From IMG/VR virus record IMGVR_UViG_2974594478_000001, positions 1-64,000 of that record: a stretch of 64,000 bases of DNA; one strand, written 5' to 3'. Below are positions 1 to 8,097 of the stretch, in pieces. The translations under genes were made by a program, and so were the position numbers. Origin of the DNA: a virus. Taxonomy: Duplodnaviria > Caudoviricetes. The stretch's first letter is position 1. Each line of letters starts with the position of its first letter. Below the pieces are notes generated by a model. That model saw only the letters and a program-made list of their open reading frames with translations. It searched no databases and had not been told where the DNA came from.

Positions 1-67
1 TAGCTATATAGGAAAATATTCTATAATATTTATGGTACTCTTTCCTTGGTTCAGAGGAGAAGAACCC

Positions 68-310
68 ATGCAAACAATGTTAGATTCCTATGATCCAGTA
101 AAGAACAAAGGTCTTCTTTGTTTTGAGTACCTACCCGGATCAATCCGTCTATTTCAGTTCCTTGGATCTAGAAAGAAGCACACCTTCTCTGTTCAATATG
201 GGAAGCAACTGGATCATGATCTTACCTACAGTGAAGCTTGTGCAAAGCTAGGTCAGGCTCTCCTTCATCATCTTTCCTGTGAGGGGAAAGATGATAACGA
301 GAGAGATTAA
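68..310 (+). CDS. Conserved N4-like terminal hypothetical protein
   Basis: GAGGAG at 54-59 favours ATG 68 (track starts at 32). The C-terminus YSEACAKLGQALLHHLSCEG resembles the small gene found at the right end of N4-like genomes. TATAAT at 22-27 lies upstream. Confidence 0.6.
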   Translation: MQTMLDSYDPVKNKGLLCFEYLPGSIRLFQFLGSRKKHTFSVQYGKQLDHDLTYSEACAKLGQALLHHLSCEGKDDNERD

Positions 311-372
311 TAGCACCCCCAACATACCTGCTGATAGACAGTGGTCACAGAATATATTGGGGGAACATGCTA
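311..372. repeat. Imperfect inverted repeat/hairpin
   Basis: TAGCA-CCCCCAACATA (311-326) pairs with TATATTGGGGG-aaca-TGCTA (353-372). Confidence 0.6.
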
Positions 373-420
373 AATATTATCATAGACATGTTCGGATGTA
401 GGGTTCTTTTACACCGGGGG

Positions 421-490
421 TACACCTACACTAAACACCCCCCCCCCATACACTACCCTACACCCACACCATACCCACCCCACTTCATAC
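421..490. repeat. 70-nt G-free C/A-rich tract with a C10 run
   Basis: No G between 421 and 490. C tracts at 438-447, 456-458, 463-465, 474-476 and 478-481. Confidence 0.9.
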
Positions 491-508
491 AGCCTTCGGC
501 TCTTGTAG
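491..508 (+). promoter_or_regulatory. vRNAP hairpin promoter P1 (early)
   Basis: AGCC-TTC-GGCT gives a template C-GAA-G triloop hairpin. A purine sits 10 nt after the loop, directly upstream of the gp1 homolog. Confidence 0.7.
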
Positions 509-532
509 ATCATAACCTCAGGAGACCTACCT

Positions 533-862
533 ATGGCTAACCTTCGTACCACTGTCACATCCCTGCTCGGCTCTATCCAGACCACAGCAGACTCAGCTTC
601 CAAGCTCATCGATTCCTCATCCAGAGGCATAGACATGCTGGACTCTTACATCCAGCAAGCACAATGGAAACAGAAACGTTCACACATCGCTGAACGAGAT
701 CAGTTCGAACAAGATCTCATCCGTGAATACACGGAACGTAATGCAGATGCAGAGCGTAAGATCCAAACCAAGCTAGACTCAGACCAAGTCTACGCAGCAA
801 TGTACAAATCCAACATGGACCGTCTCACCGAAAAGCTCAACGCTTTGAACTCGGAGAAATAA
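533..862 (+). CDS. N4 gp1-like early transcription cofactor
   Basis: 109 aa, helical, first gene behind the hairpin promoter, AGGAG RBS; size and position match N4 gp1. Confidence 0.7.
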   Translation: MANLRTTVTSLLGSIQTTADSASKLIDSSSRGIDMLDSYIQQAQWKQKRSHIAERDQFEQDLIREYTERNADAERKIQTKLDSDQVYAAMYKSNMDRLTEKLNALNSEK

Positions 863-872
863 CCACCCTAAA

Positions 873-895
873 GGAGAGGACTAACAATCCTCTCC
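873..895 (+). terminator. Hairpin after gp1 (putative terminator)
   Basis: GGAGAGGA-ctaacaa-TCCTCTCC; weak T tract. Confidence 0.45.
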
Positions 896-1014
896 AACTT
901 ATCCTCAATCCAACTAATGATGATAGTCAACTGAGAGTTCAACTCTCTCACTTTATTATCTTCACGTAGAGCGAAGCTCGTAGTGGGAGCGAAGCGAGAC
1001 ATTCGATAGGAGAA

Positions 1015-1161
1015 ATGACAATGTATCCTCAGATCGTACCAGACAACTCATTCAACAGATGGTTCATCGACTTCCTCTCAGGAATGGAACTCATCATGAT
1101 CCATTCCAATTATGATCGAGGATATTCCGATAACTATTTCGTAGAGACCATTGGTCTCTGA
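1015..1161 (+). CDS. Small hypothetical protein (48 aa, not in track)
   Basis: AGGAG at 1008-1012; open frame MTMYPQIVPDNSFNRWF...ETIGL. Confidence 0.6.
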   Translation: MTMYPQIVPDNSFNRWFIDFLSGMELIMIHSNYDRGYSDNYFVETIGL

Positions 1162-1176
1162 ACCAAGGAGATAACA

Positions 1177-1320
1177 ATGGATAACTATTACAAATGCAGT
1201 GATTGCAAACAGCCTCTTATATCTCGTCACGAGATCGAGGATAAACGATGCAATCGTTGTACTGACAAACTCATTCAACGTTCCAATGAACGTAGAGAAT
1301 GGGATCACTATCATTCCTGA
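1177..1320 (+). CDS. CxxC-x14-CxxC zinc-finger microprotein (47 aa, not in track)
   Basis: MDNYYKCSDCKQPLISRHEIEDKRCNRCTD...; AAGGAG RBS. Confidence 0.7.
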   Translation: MDNYYKCSDCKQPLISRHEIEDKRCNRCTDKLIQRSNERREWDHYHS

Positions 1321-1337
1321 ACCAAGGAGAACTCATC

Positions 1338-1538
1338 ATGTTCATACTCATGGGCGTAATCAAATATGAAGGTGACTCATTCCTTGGAATGTTCACCTCA
1401 TTAGAGAAAGCTAATGCTGCATATCTAATGATCGAGAAAACCAAGAAGTATTACGATTGGTTTGAGATCCTAGAATGCACACCTGACGAACCTTATCACG
1501 AGTCAGAACCTGAGACGGTGTTCTCATCTGAACCTTAA
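1338..1538 (+). CDS. Hypothetical protein
   Basis: AAGGAG RBS supports ATG 1338 within track ORF 1299-1538. Confidence 0.6.
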   Translation: MFILMGVIKYEGDSFLGMFTSLEKANAAYLMIEKTKKYYDWFEILECTPDEPYHESEPETVFSSEP

Positions 1539-1554
1539 ACCAAGGAGATAACTC

Positions 1555-1746
1555 ATGAAAATGAGGGATCTAATTGAAAAGCTTGATACTATTGCTGAGC
1601 TTAAGAAGCGAATAGCAAACCAAACTCACTTTAGAGATCAAGCTAGATTCCACGAGAATATGTCAGATCGTGTTGAACGATTAACCAATCAAATCAATGA
1701 ACTAGAGGGACAACTTCAAGATCTAATGGATGAGGATATCGAATGA
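1555..1746 (+). CDS. Small coiled-coil protein
   Basis: Track ORF, AAGGAG RBS, heptad-like sequence. Confidence 0.6.
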   Translation: MKMRDLIEKLDTIAELKKRIANQTHFRDQARFHENMSDRVERLTNQINELEGQLQDLMDEDIE

Positions 1747-1892
1747 GCATCTATCGTATCTCATCTCATTCTCCCAAGGAGAAACGTGTCATCAAGTCCT
1801 GCGAGTCTTGTAAGCAGAGACTTCAACCTCATGAACAAACGATCTGCAATGATTGCAGACGTAAACAGCAACTCAGAATGAGAGGCTATTAA
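1743..1892 (+). CDS. CxxC-x11-CxxC zinc-finger microprotein (49 aa, not in track)
   Basis: ...KSCESCKQRLQPHEQTICNDCRRK...; ATGA overlap with the previous stop. Confidence 0.65.
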   Translation: MSIYRISSHSPKEKRVIKSCESCKQRLQPHEQTICNDCRRKQQLRMRGY

Positions 1893-1916
1893 TTCTAACA
1901 TAGAGGAGAACATAAG

Positions 1917-3030
1917 ATGTCTAAGTATCTGGCAGGATACGGACTTCTACTCATTGCAATCGCTACATTCGTAGCAATCTCGCCTCTCAAACCAGCACGA
2001 ACATATATGCTGGTCCAGATCCAGAATGATGCACAGATCGTACTCCATAGGAATATGTCTGTGACCAGATGTAGTCTGACGAAGAGGCAATATCCCAATT
2101 CTCATTGTGTTCAGAACTTGCTCACAAACAAGCAAGCGAGGAACTAACAATGAAAGCAATACTTCTCATCATCATCGTAGGTGGAAGTCATAGAGTAGAA
2201 GCTATCGAGATTCCTCTATCCAGCTACGAACATTGTATGTCTATCGCAGAACAAACAGGCAAAACCATTGCCGAAGAACTCAGTCACTATGTCTATTCAG
2301 TAGCAACTGAATGTATAGATCAAGGAGAATGAACCAGTGAATCCCAGTCTTACAGAGTATCTCGTATGCAATGGATTCGTCCTTGGTCTCATTGCAATCA
2401 TAATCACTGACAATCCAGTCAGTGATATCTTAAGAGCAGCAATTCAACTCTATCTCATGTAGGAGATCATGATGACCAGTATCACTGGCACGTTCTATTC
2501 ACCGTCAGCGATACTGTTCATCGCTGCATTCATATTGCTTCTAATGACAGTAATGCTCATCAATGAAGCTAAAATCACCGCTTATAGATATAGCGTCCAA
2601 AGCAAAGTTTTCCTGTGGGGAACTATAGGTTTGATGCTGATGTCTGTGGTGTCCATCGTTATACTAGCGATAGGGATCCTGTGATGCTTAAGAGGATCCT
2701 AAAAGAGCTAGTAGGAGTAGCAATTCTACTATTCGGATATGTGGGACTACCTTGGATAATTGGTATCCTTGGTGTCTCTGGGCTTGTCATGATGTTTTGA
2801 ACCAAGGAGAAATACACATGCCTCAATGGCTTATCGTCGCTATCAGTATTTTATGGTTGATCCATTTCCTGTGGGCAATTCTCAGCACTACAGCAACTTA
2901 CGTTCATAACAACAATGAAATCACGGTATATCTCAAAGGCAAAATGGCTCTGAAACGTTGGGTTATCATTGTTAATGTACTCACTATCCCATTCACCATT
3001 TTCTGGTGGTCCTTCATTATCTTCAGTTGA
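1917..3030 (+). CDS. Run of small, mostly hydrophobic/membrane ORFs (1917-2147, 2150-2332, 2337-2462, 2469-2684, 2684-2800, 2818-3030)
   Basis: Tightly packed with AGGAG-type RBSs or stop/start overlaps; hydrophobic stretches in most. Confidence 0.6.
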
Positions 3031-3047
3031 ACCAAGGAGATACACAC

Positions 3048-3398
3048 ATGGTGATTTACGACCAAGAGATCTTTAAGAAATTCAAAGCCTTATCTATTCA
3101 GCATGTAAGTGAATTGAAGGTAGGTGATACCATCTACAGCAATCTCACTCCCACAATGGGTGTTATTGCCAAGCTTCAAACACATGCTGAGCATTATGCT
3201 GATGAGGGTCTTGAGACATCTGATACTAACCCAGAGATTCGTTGGGTTATCTTTGAAGACGGATCTGCTGAATCCCTTAATGATCGCAATGTGACTAATT
3301 CCTATAATCCTTGGATGTTCTTCAAGGATAAGGAGACCATGCTGAAATGCAGGGAAGAACTCAAAGTAGGCTTCACTCCAGAACCTTATGACGATTAA
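3048..3398 (+). CDS. Hypothetical protein, possible SH3-like N-terminal barrel
   Basis: AAGGAG RBS; LKVGDTIY...GVI pattern. Confidence 0.55.
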   Translation: MVIYDQEIFKKFKALSIQHVSELKVGDTIYSNLTPTMGVIAKLQTHAEHYADEGLETSDTNPEIRWVIFEDGSAESLNDRNVTNSYNPWMFFKDKETMLKCREELKVGFTPEPYDD

Positions 3399-3408
3399 GG
3401 AGATACAT

Positions 3409-3801
3409 ATGCACAGCGTAATCAAATCACTTGAACACCACACCATCGAGAAGCTCAAAGGAAATGATGAGCATTTCTTTCTCAAGACACTGAGCTTCGA
3501 ACAGATGCAGCTTCTTCATGCATGGTTGTCATGCCATGCTGACCGTCCTCAGAATGAGATCATTATTGATCGAGCTATGGCACCTGAATGGTTGCTGATG
3601 ATTCTGGCAGGACAGAAGATCAATGCAATCAAGGAAGTTCGTAGACGGTTGGAATTTGAAGTAATTTACGAAAACACACACTACGATAAGGGTGCTAAAA
3701 TCCAACCGGGACTGAAGAATGCCAAGAACTTCGTTGAGGCAATGATTGAATGCATTGTCCCAGATAATTCCGTCGCTGAATTCATTAACATCAGCGAGTA
3801 A
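3409..3801 (+). CDS. Protein with ribosomal bL12 (L7/L12) C-terminal-like domain
   Basis: GQKINAIKEVR...GLKNAKNFVEA matches the bL12 CTD signature KxxxIKxVR...GLKEAKxxVE; RBS at 3397-3402. Confidence 0.65.
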   Translation: MHSVIKSLEHHTIEKLKGNDEHFFLKTLSFEQMQLLHAWLSCHADRPQNEIIIDRAMAPEWLLMILAGQKINAIKEVRRRLEFEVIYENTHYDKGAKIQPGLKNAKNFVEAMIECIVPDNSVAEFINISE

Positions 3802-3803
3802 AT

Positions 3804-3824
3804 AGCGCCTTCGGCGCTTATGGC
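3804..3824 (+). promoter_or_regulatory. vRNAP hairpin promoter P2
   Basis: AGCGCC-TTC-GGCGCT followed by TAT-GG (+1 G at 3822); N4-type geometry; upstream of the gp2 homolog. Confidence 0.85.
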
Positions 3825-3880
3825 GGTCATGGCAGTGACCGTCTCATCTATCAATCCATGATCCAAAGGAGATTAATATC

Positions 3881-4288
3881 ATGGCTCTCGATTTCACTGG
3901 TGCATTTGGTGGTTCTAACGCTCCTCGCTCTGGCAATGCCCAGAATCAGGAACGCCCTAAGACTCAGATCTGGTTGAACGTTGGCTACGAAGTCACTGTT
4001 CAGGGTGAGAACGGTCCTGAAACCCGTTTCATCAACCTGCCTGTTGGCATCCCGGTCGATACCACTGACAAGCTGGAACTGCGTGGTCAGAATGCTGATT
4101 GGAACAAGTTCCAGTCTGCTCGGAACGACTTCCTTGAAATGCTTCAGAAGCATGGTGCCAAGATGGCTCCGGGTGCTGAGGAAATCGTCAAGGGTCTCGT
4201 CGTCAAGATCAAGCGCGTTGCTGGTCCTGTCGAAGTAGACGGCGACACCAACGAATACAGCATGGCGAATTCGATCAGCTTCGGTTGA
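3881..4288 (+). CDS. drc: N4 gp2/Drc-like ssDNA-binding RNAP II activator
   Basis: KTQIWLNVGY...FINLPVGIPVDT matches N4 gp2 motifs (KAQFWLNIGY, FISLPTGIPLDT) as recalled; early position. Confidence 0.85.
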   Translation: MALDFTGAFGGSNAPRSGNAQNQERPKTQIWLNVGYEVTVQGENGPETRFINLPVGIPVDTTDKLELRGQNADWNKFQSARNDFLEMLQKHGAKMAPGAEEIVKGLVVKIKRVAGPVEVDGDTNEYSMANSISFG

Positions 4289-4320
4289 TCGTACCGCAAT
4301 TTCAGCACGTAACACTTTAG

Positions 4321-4358
4321 AGCCTCATCCTCACTTAGAGGGTGAGGCTTCATTTTTT
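4321..4358 (+). terminator. Rho-independent terminator
   Basis: AGCCTCATCCTC-actta-GAGGGTGAGGCT then TCATTTTTT. Confidence 0.8.
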
Positions 4359-4494
4359 CCTCCGATAGATAAGCATTGTTTGACCCCCAAGAAACCTCTA
4401 CTATGGATTCTACTTACTAAAGACCAAAGTAGAGATTTTAGCTCTTTTTCGCGAAGAGCACCTAAAGCCTGTCGATAGATAAAAAGGGAGGCAA

Positions 4495-4515
4495 AGCACC
4501 TTCGGTGCTGATGGA
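4495..4515 (+). promoter_or_regulatory. vRNAP hairpin promoter P3
   Basis: AGCACC-TTC-GGTGCT followed by GAT-GGA (+1 G at 4513); same geometry as P2. Confidence 0.85.
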
Positions 4516-4562
4516 TTCAACCTCTCCCGCTGAGGCGGGATTAGACAAATGGGGAGACAAAG

Positions 4563-4907
4563 ATGAAGATTATTGCAGAGATCATTATCGATGAAGATCA
4601 AGCTAAGAATCGATTGATTCACATCACTGATGACATTCGATTCGCTATAGCAGGAGCATTGAATCTTTTCCGAGATGGTAACGGGAGACACTCAGCAATC
4701 ATTGATTATGAAGTTGACGTTAAAATAGTAGAAGATTGAACCAAGGAGTGAAATATGTGGGGAATCTATGCACTCACAGAATACAACGAAAAAGACATCC
4801 TAGTCCAAGTTGTTGTTGGTACTTATCAGGATGCAAAAGACATTTGTAATGCATGGAATGCAGCAGTCTCAGATAAGAATTATTATGTAGATGAAATAAC
4901 ACCTTAG
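4563..4907 (+). CDS. Two small ORFs not in track (4563-4739, 58 aa; 4755-4907, 50 aa)
   Basis: GGAG/AAGGAG RBSs; joined by the stop-ACCAAGGAG junction. Confidence 0.6.
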
Positions 4908-4924
4908 AACCAAGGAGAAGTGAA

Positions 4925-5146
4925 ATGGAGTACAAAGTAGGAGATCGAGTACAAGACAAAGCTGGATTTACTGGAACCATTACCGATGCATCAGAAGGTT
5001 ATAATGGATTCCAAGAGTATGAAGTTACATGGGACATTTCAGGATGTACCTCTGACATGTTGGTGAATGAAATTGAACCAATGAAAGAGGGACAAGATAA
5101 TCCACAAACACAGAATGACATCCATAAGAAACAATTTGGTGATTAA
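4925..5146 (+). CDS. Small SH3/KOW-like protein
   Basis: YKVGDRV...GTI...YEVTW pattern. Confidence 0.5.
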   Translation: MEYKVGDRVQDKAGFTGTITDASEGYNGFQEYEVTWDISGCTSDMLVNEIEPMKEGQDNPQTQNDIHKKQFGD

Positions 5147-5158
5147 AGGAGAAGTGAA

Positions 5159-5554
5159 ATGGCAGACACACTTCATACCGTACCAACCAAGCCGCTCACT
5201 AAAGAGGATAGGATTGAGCTTGGTCGCAAAGCTGTAGCTATCAATAAGGGTGAAGGTAAACCTGTTACCCAGATAGCTAGAGAAATGGGTATCTCAGATA
5301 AAACACTGGGATATTACATCACTGTCTATAAGAAATCTCTTCGAACCAAGAAAGAAGAGATGGCTGACTCTCTTCTCTATCCAGTTATGCGATCAGAGAA
5401 AACCTCATTGGTTAAAGTACCAAATGAGGAACTAGATAAACTGAGATCTGAAAATACAGACCTCAAAGAAAAGAATGCTGAGCTTCAACGTTCAGTGAAA
5501 GCTCTCCAGAATGTCATTCTCATACTAGGTCATCAACATTCAGAGGATGACTAG
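5159..5554 (+). CDS. HTH DNA-binding protein with C-terminal coiled coil
   Basis: VTQIAREMGISDKTLGYY helix-turn-helix; heptad tail. Confidence 0.7.
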   Translation: MADTLHTVPTKPLTKEDRIELGRKAVAINKGEGKPVTQIAREMGISDKTLGYYITVYKKSLRTKKEEMADSLLYPVMRSEKTSLVKVPNEELDKLRSENTDLKEKNAELQRSVKALQNVILILGHQHSEDD

Positions 5555-5556
5555 CT

Positions 5557-5802
5557 ATGAAGAAATTCCGTTGGGCTAAGAATCGTCCTGTTAAACCAGA
5601 CACAGACCCAATGCTCTCAGATTTGAGAGAGGAATTGCTCAATGACGATAGGACTTATTACCAGAAAGCCAATGCCTCTGGGATAGCTCCATCCACAATC
5701 AGAAACATCGTGAATGGTAAGACTCGTAAACCACAGGGACTTACCATCATGATGATCTACAAAGCATTGGGAATTGAATTCATTAAGAGGAGAAAGAAGT
5801 GA
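5557..5802 (+). CDS. XRE/Cro-like HTH protein
   Basis: ANASGIAPSTIRNIVNGKTRKP...IYKALGI. Confidence 0.8.
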   Translation: MKKFRWAKNRPVKPDTDPMLSDLREELLNDDRTYYQKANASGIAPSTIRNIVNGKTRKPQGLTIMMIYKALGIEFIKRRKK

Positions 5803-6943
5803 ATAACGATGCTGCAATAGAGTTTGAACGAGATCGTTTGGAAACTCTCAGATTATTGAGAGACAATATCGAAAGCAGAATCACAACCGTAATGAATAAT
5901 ATCAATTGGCTTAAACGACAGGATTATGAGGAATCCAAAAATGGCAAAGTCAACATTCAAGACAAGAATGAAATCCTATGAGATAGGAGATCCTATCGAG
6001 GTAGGTCATCCGAATAGGACGACACATACTGTGGATTGGGTTGAAGCAATCATTGTCAAACCTCACCCACTTACGGTCAAATATCAAGATGGTTCTGTGG
6101 AGGAGCTTCTACCAACGACACTCAGGAGGAAATCTGACAAGATCATGGAAGCTCTTGAACCAAAGAAACTCAGTGACCTTCCTGATGATGTGCTCAAGGA
6201 GATGTACCACAAAGCTCTTGTGGATATCATCAAGGAAGGGACTACCAAAACACCTAACGCTACAGTTAGGAGAATGATCAATATTGCTAAGGAAGCTCTA
6301 GGGGAGATTCCAATATGAAAGATTCATTCCACAAATACATGGAGGATCCAAAGATATTAACTTTGATTCTCGCTGCTCAACGAGTTTGTAATTCCATTAC
6401 AGAAGAACAAATTCACCAGATAGCAAATGCTCTGCCAGATACAGATCAAACTGAATTTGCTGCTGCAATGATTGATCTTGGTTATGCAACTCAAGACTTA
6501 GAACAGGAGTAACATATGGCAAGGAATCTACTTGAGACTATCACTGAACGAGCAATGAACTCCTTCAGCGGAGAGACAGATCAATTCCCAAACCATTGGT
6601 TTGATATTGCTGATAAGTTCAAACAGGAACTCATCACTGAAGGTCTCATCGCTAGTGCAACTCATGTTGACAAGCTTATTGATCAACAGAGGAGAATTCT
6701 CAAATGATCAAATGGCTATTTGGTCTCATTATCAAATCCCATAAGCCTATTAAAGAGCAATTGGCAGATGCTCAGGATCGTCTCTACGATCAGGAATACA
6801 AACGAGGCTGGGATTATGCAGTTCTTATTTGGGGCACCACTCCAGTTATGGTTGCCAAAATGGAACTCATAAAGGCAGCAGGAAATATAGAAACTGCCTT
6901 TGAAATCGCAATCTATGACTTCCTCAAGGAGAGAACTCGATGA
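5799..6943 (+). CDS. Five hypothetical ORFs (5799-5981, 5941-6318, 6315-6512, 6516-6707, 6704-6943)
   Basis: Packed with stop/start overlaps and RBSs; no family recognised. Confidence 0.6.
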
Positions 6944-7491
6944 AGGCATATGCAGGCATAGGCTCACGTAAAACTCCTCAACCCATTCTCGATATGATGA
7001 CCAATGCAGCAACTTGGTTACAAGATGCTGGTTGGATTCTCAGATCAGGTGGTGCTCATGGAGCAGATACAGCCTTTGAGAATGGAACCAAGGAAAAGGA
7101 AATTTATATCCCTTGGGGAACATTTAATAATCGTAAGCATGGTTTCAATGGTGCCATTGATATCAACAAGCTAGAGGAAAAAGATCTAGCTGCTGCCTTA
7201 CAGATCACCAAGCAATATCATCCTGCTTGGGAGAACTGTGCTCACTATGCACAAATGCTTCATACCAGAAATGTCTTCCAAATGTTTGGTAGAGATTTCA
7301 AGAACCCATCCAAATTCGTCCTTTGCTGGACTAAGGATGGAAAAGGTGGGGGTGGTACTGGTCAAGCTATCAGGATTGCTAAAGGCAATAACATTCCTGT
7401 GTTTGACCTAGGCAGACCTGACATAGAGAAAGTGCAGGAAGACTGCTTTAACTTTGTCAATTCATTCAAGGAGATGGTTAATGCAAATTGA
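6940..7491 (+). CDS. SLOG (DprA/Smf-like Rossmann fold) protein
   Basis: YAGIGSR, LRSGGAHGAD and GGTGQAIRIA...IPVF motifs. Confidence 0.8.
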   Translation: MKAYAGIGSRKTPQPILDMMTNAATWLQDAGWILRSGGAHGADTAFENGTKEKEIYIPWGTFNNRKHGFNGAIDINKLEEKDLAAALQITKQYHPAWENCAHYAQMLHTRNVFQMFGRDFKNPSKFVLCWTKDGKGGGGTGQAIRIAKGNNIPVFDLGRPDIEKVQEDCFNFVNSFKEMVNAN

Positions 7492-8097
7492 AACTGATTA
7501 CGTCTTCAAAGAAGAAGAAGTTAAAGAAGCAATCAGACAGTATTTGAATAACAAAACCAATGTTGCTTTTGAATCAATGGCAGGCATCTTTGTTGATAAA
7601 CATCAAAATGGAGAAATTACTGCTCGTGTTCGTTTGAGAAATCAGGAGATCAAATGAATGAACCAACTTAAGGTCACATGGCATTTCGATAGCGAAGGTA
7701 ATCGCCATACAGGTGCATCTTATATAGATGACCAAGGCTATCCTAGAGCTACACAACTCAATGGTCATCTCATGGTTCATGAGGTGAAAGCCAGTATTGA
7801 AGGATTCAGGAAACGATTAAAAGGAGCACAAGCATCATGATCTTCAAATATGGAGAAACTGAACTGGAAGATGGTCGCTATATCGTAGAGCTTACTTACA
7901 AATCTATGGATATAGCCAATAAGCAAGCTGTGGAAATCACAGTTACCAAGCGAGAAATAGCTGAATGTTATGACAATCAATGGATGCAAACAGGCGTAGA
8001 CTACGATGTCTGGCAATATGATAGATCCTTCAAGGATCTGGTTATTGATGTCAAAGCTAGTATCCATCTTGATGATTGCACATTAACGGAGATGTAA
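7481..8097 (+). CDS. Three hypothetical ORFs (7481-7657, 7658-7840, 7837-8097)
   Basis: Track ORFs with RBSs or overlaps. Confidence 0.55.

Noticed and set aside
4380-4404. TTGACC-N13-TACTAT as a firm sigma70 promoter
   Set aside because: Spacing is atypical, and the nearby vRNAP promoter P3 already explains downstream expression; not supportable without TSS data
1159-4925. CRISPR-like or integron attC-like array from the repeated ACCAAGGAG
   Set aside because: Repeat is only 9-11 nt with irregular spacing, the spacers are ORFs, and no cas or integrase gene is present
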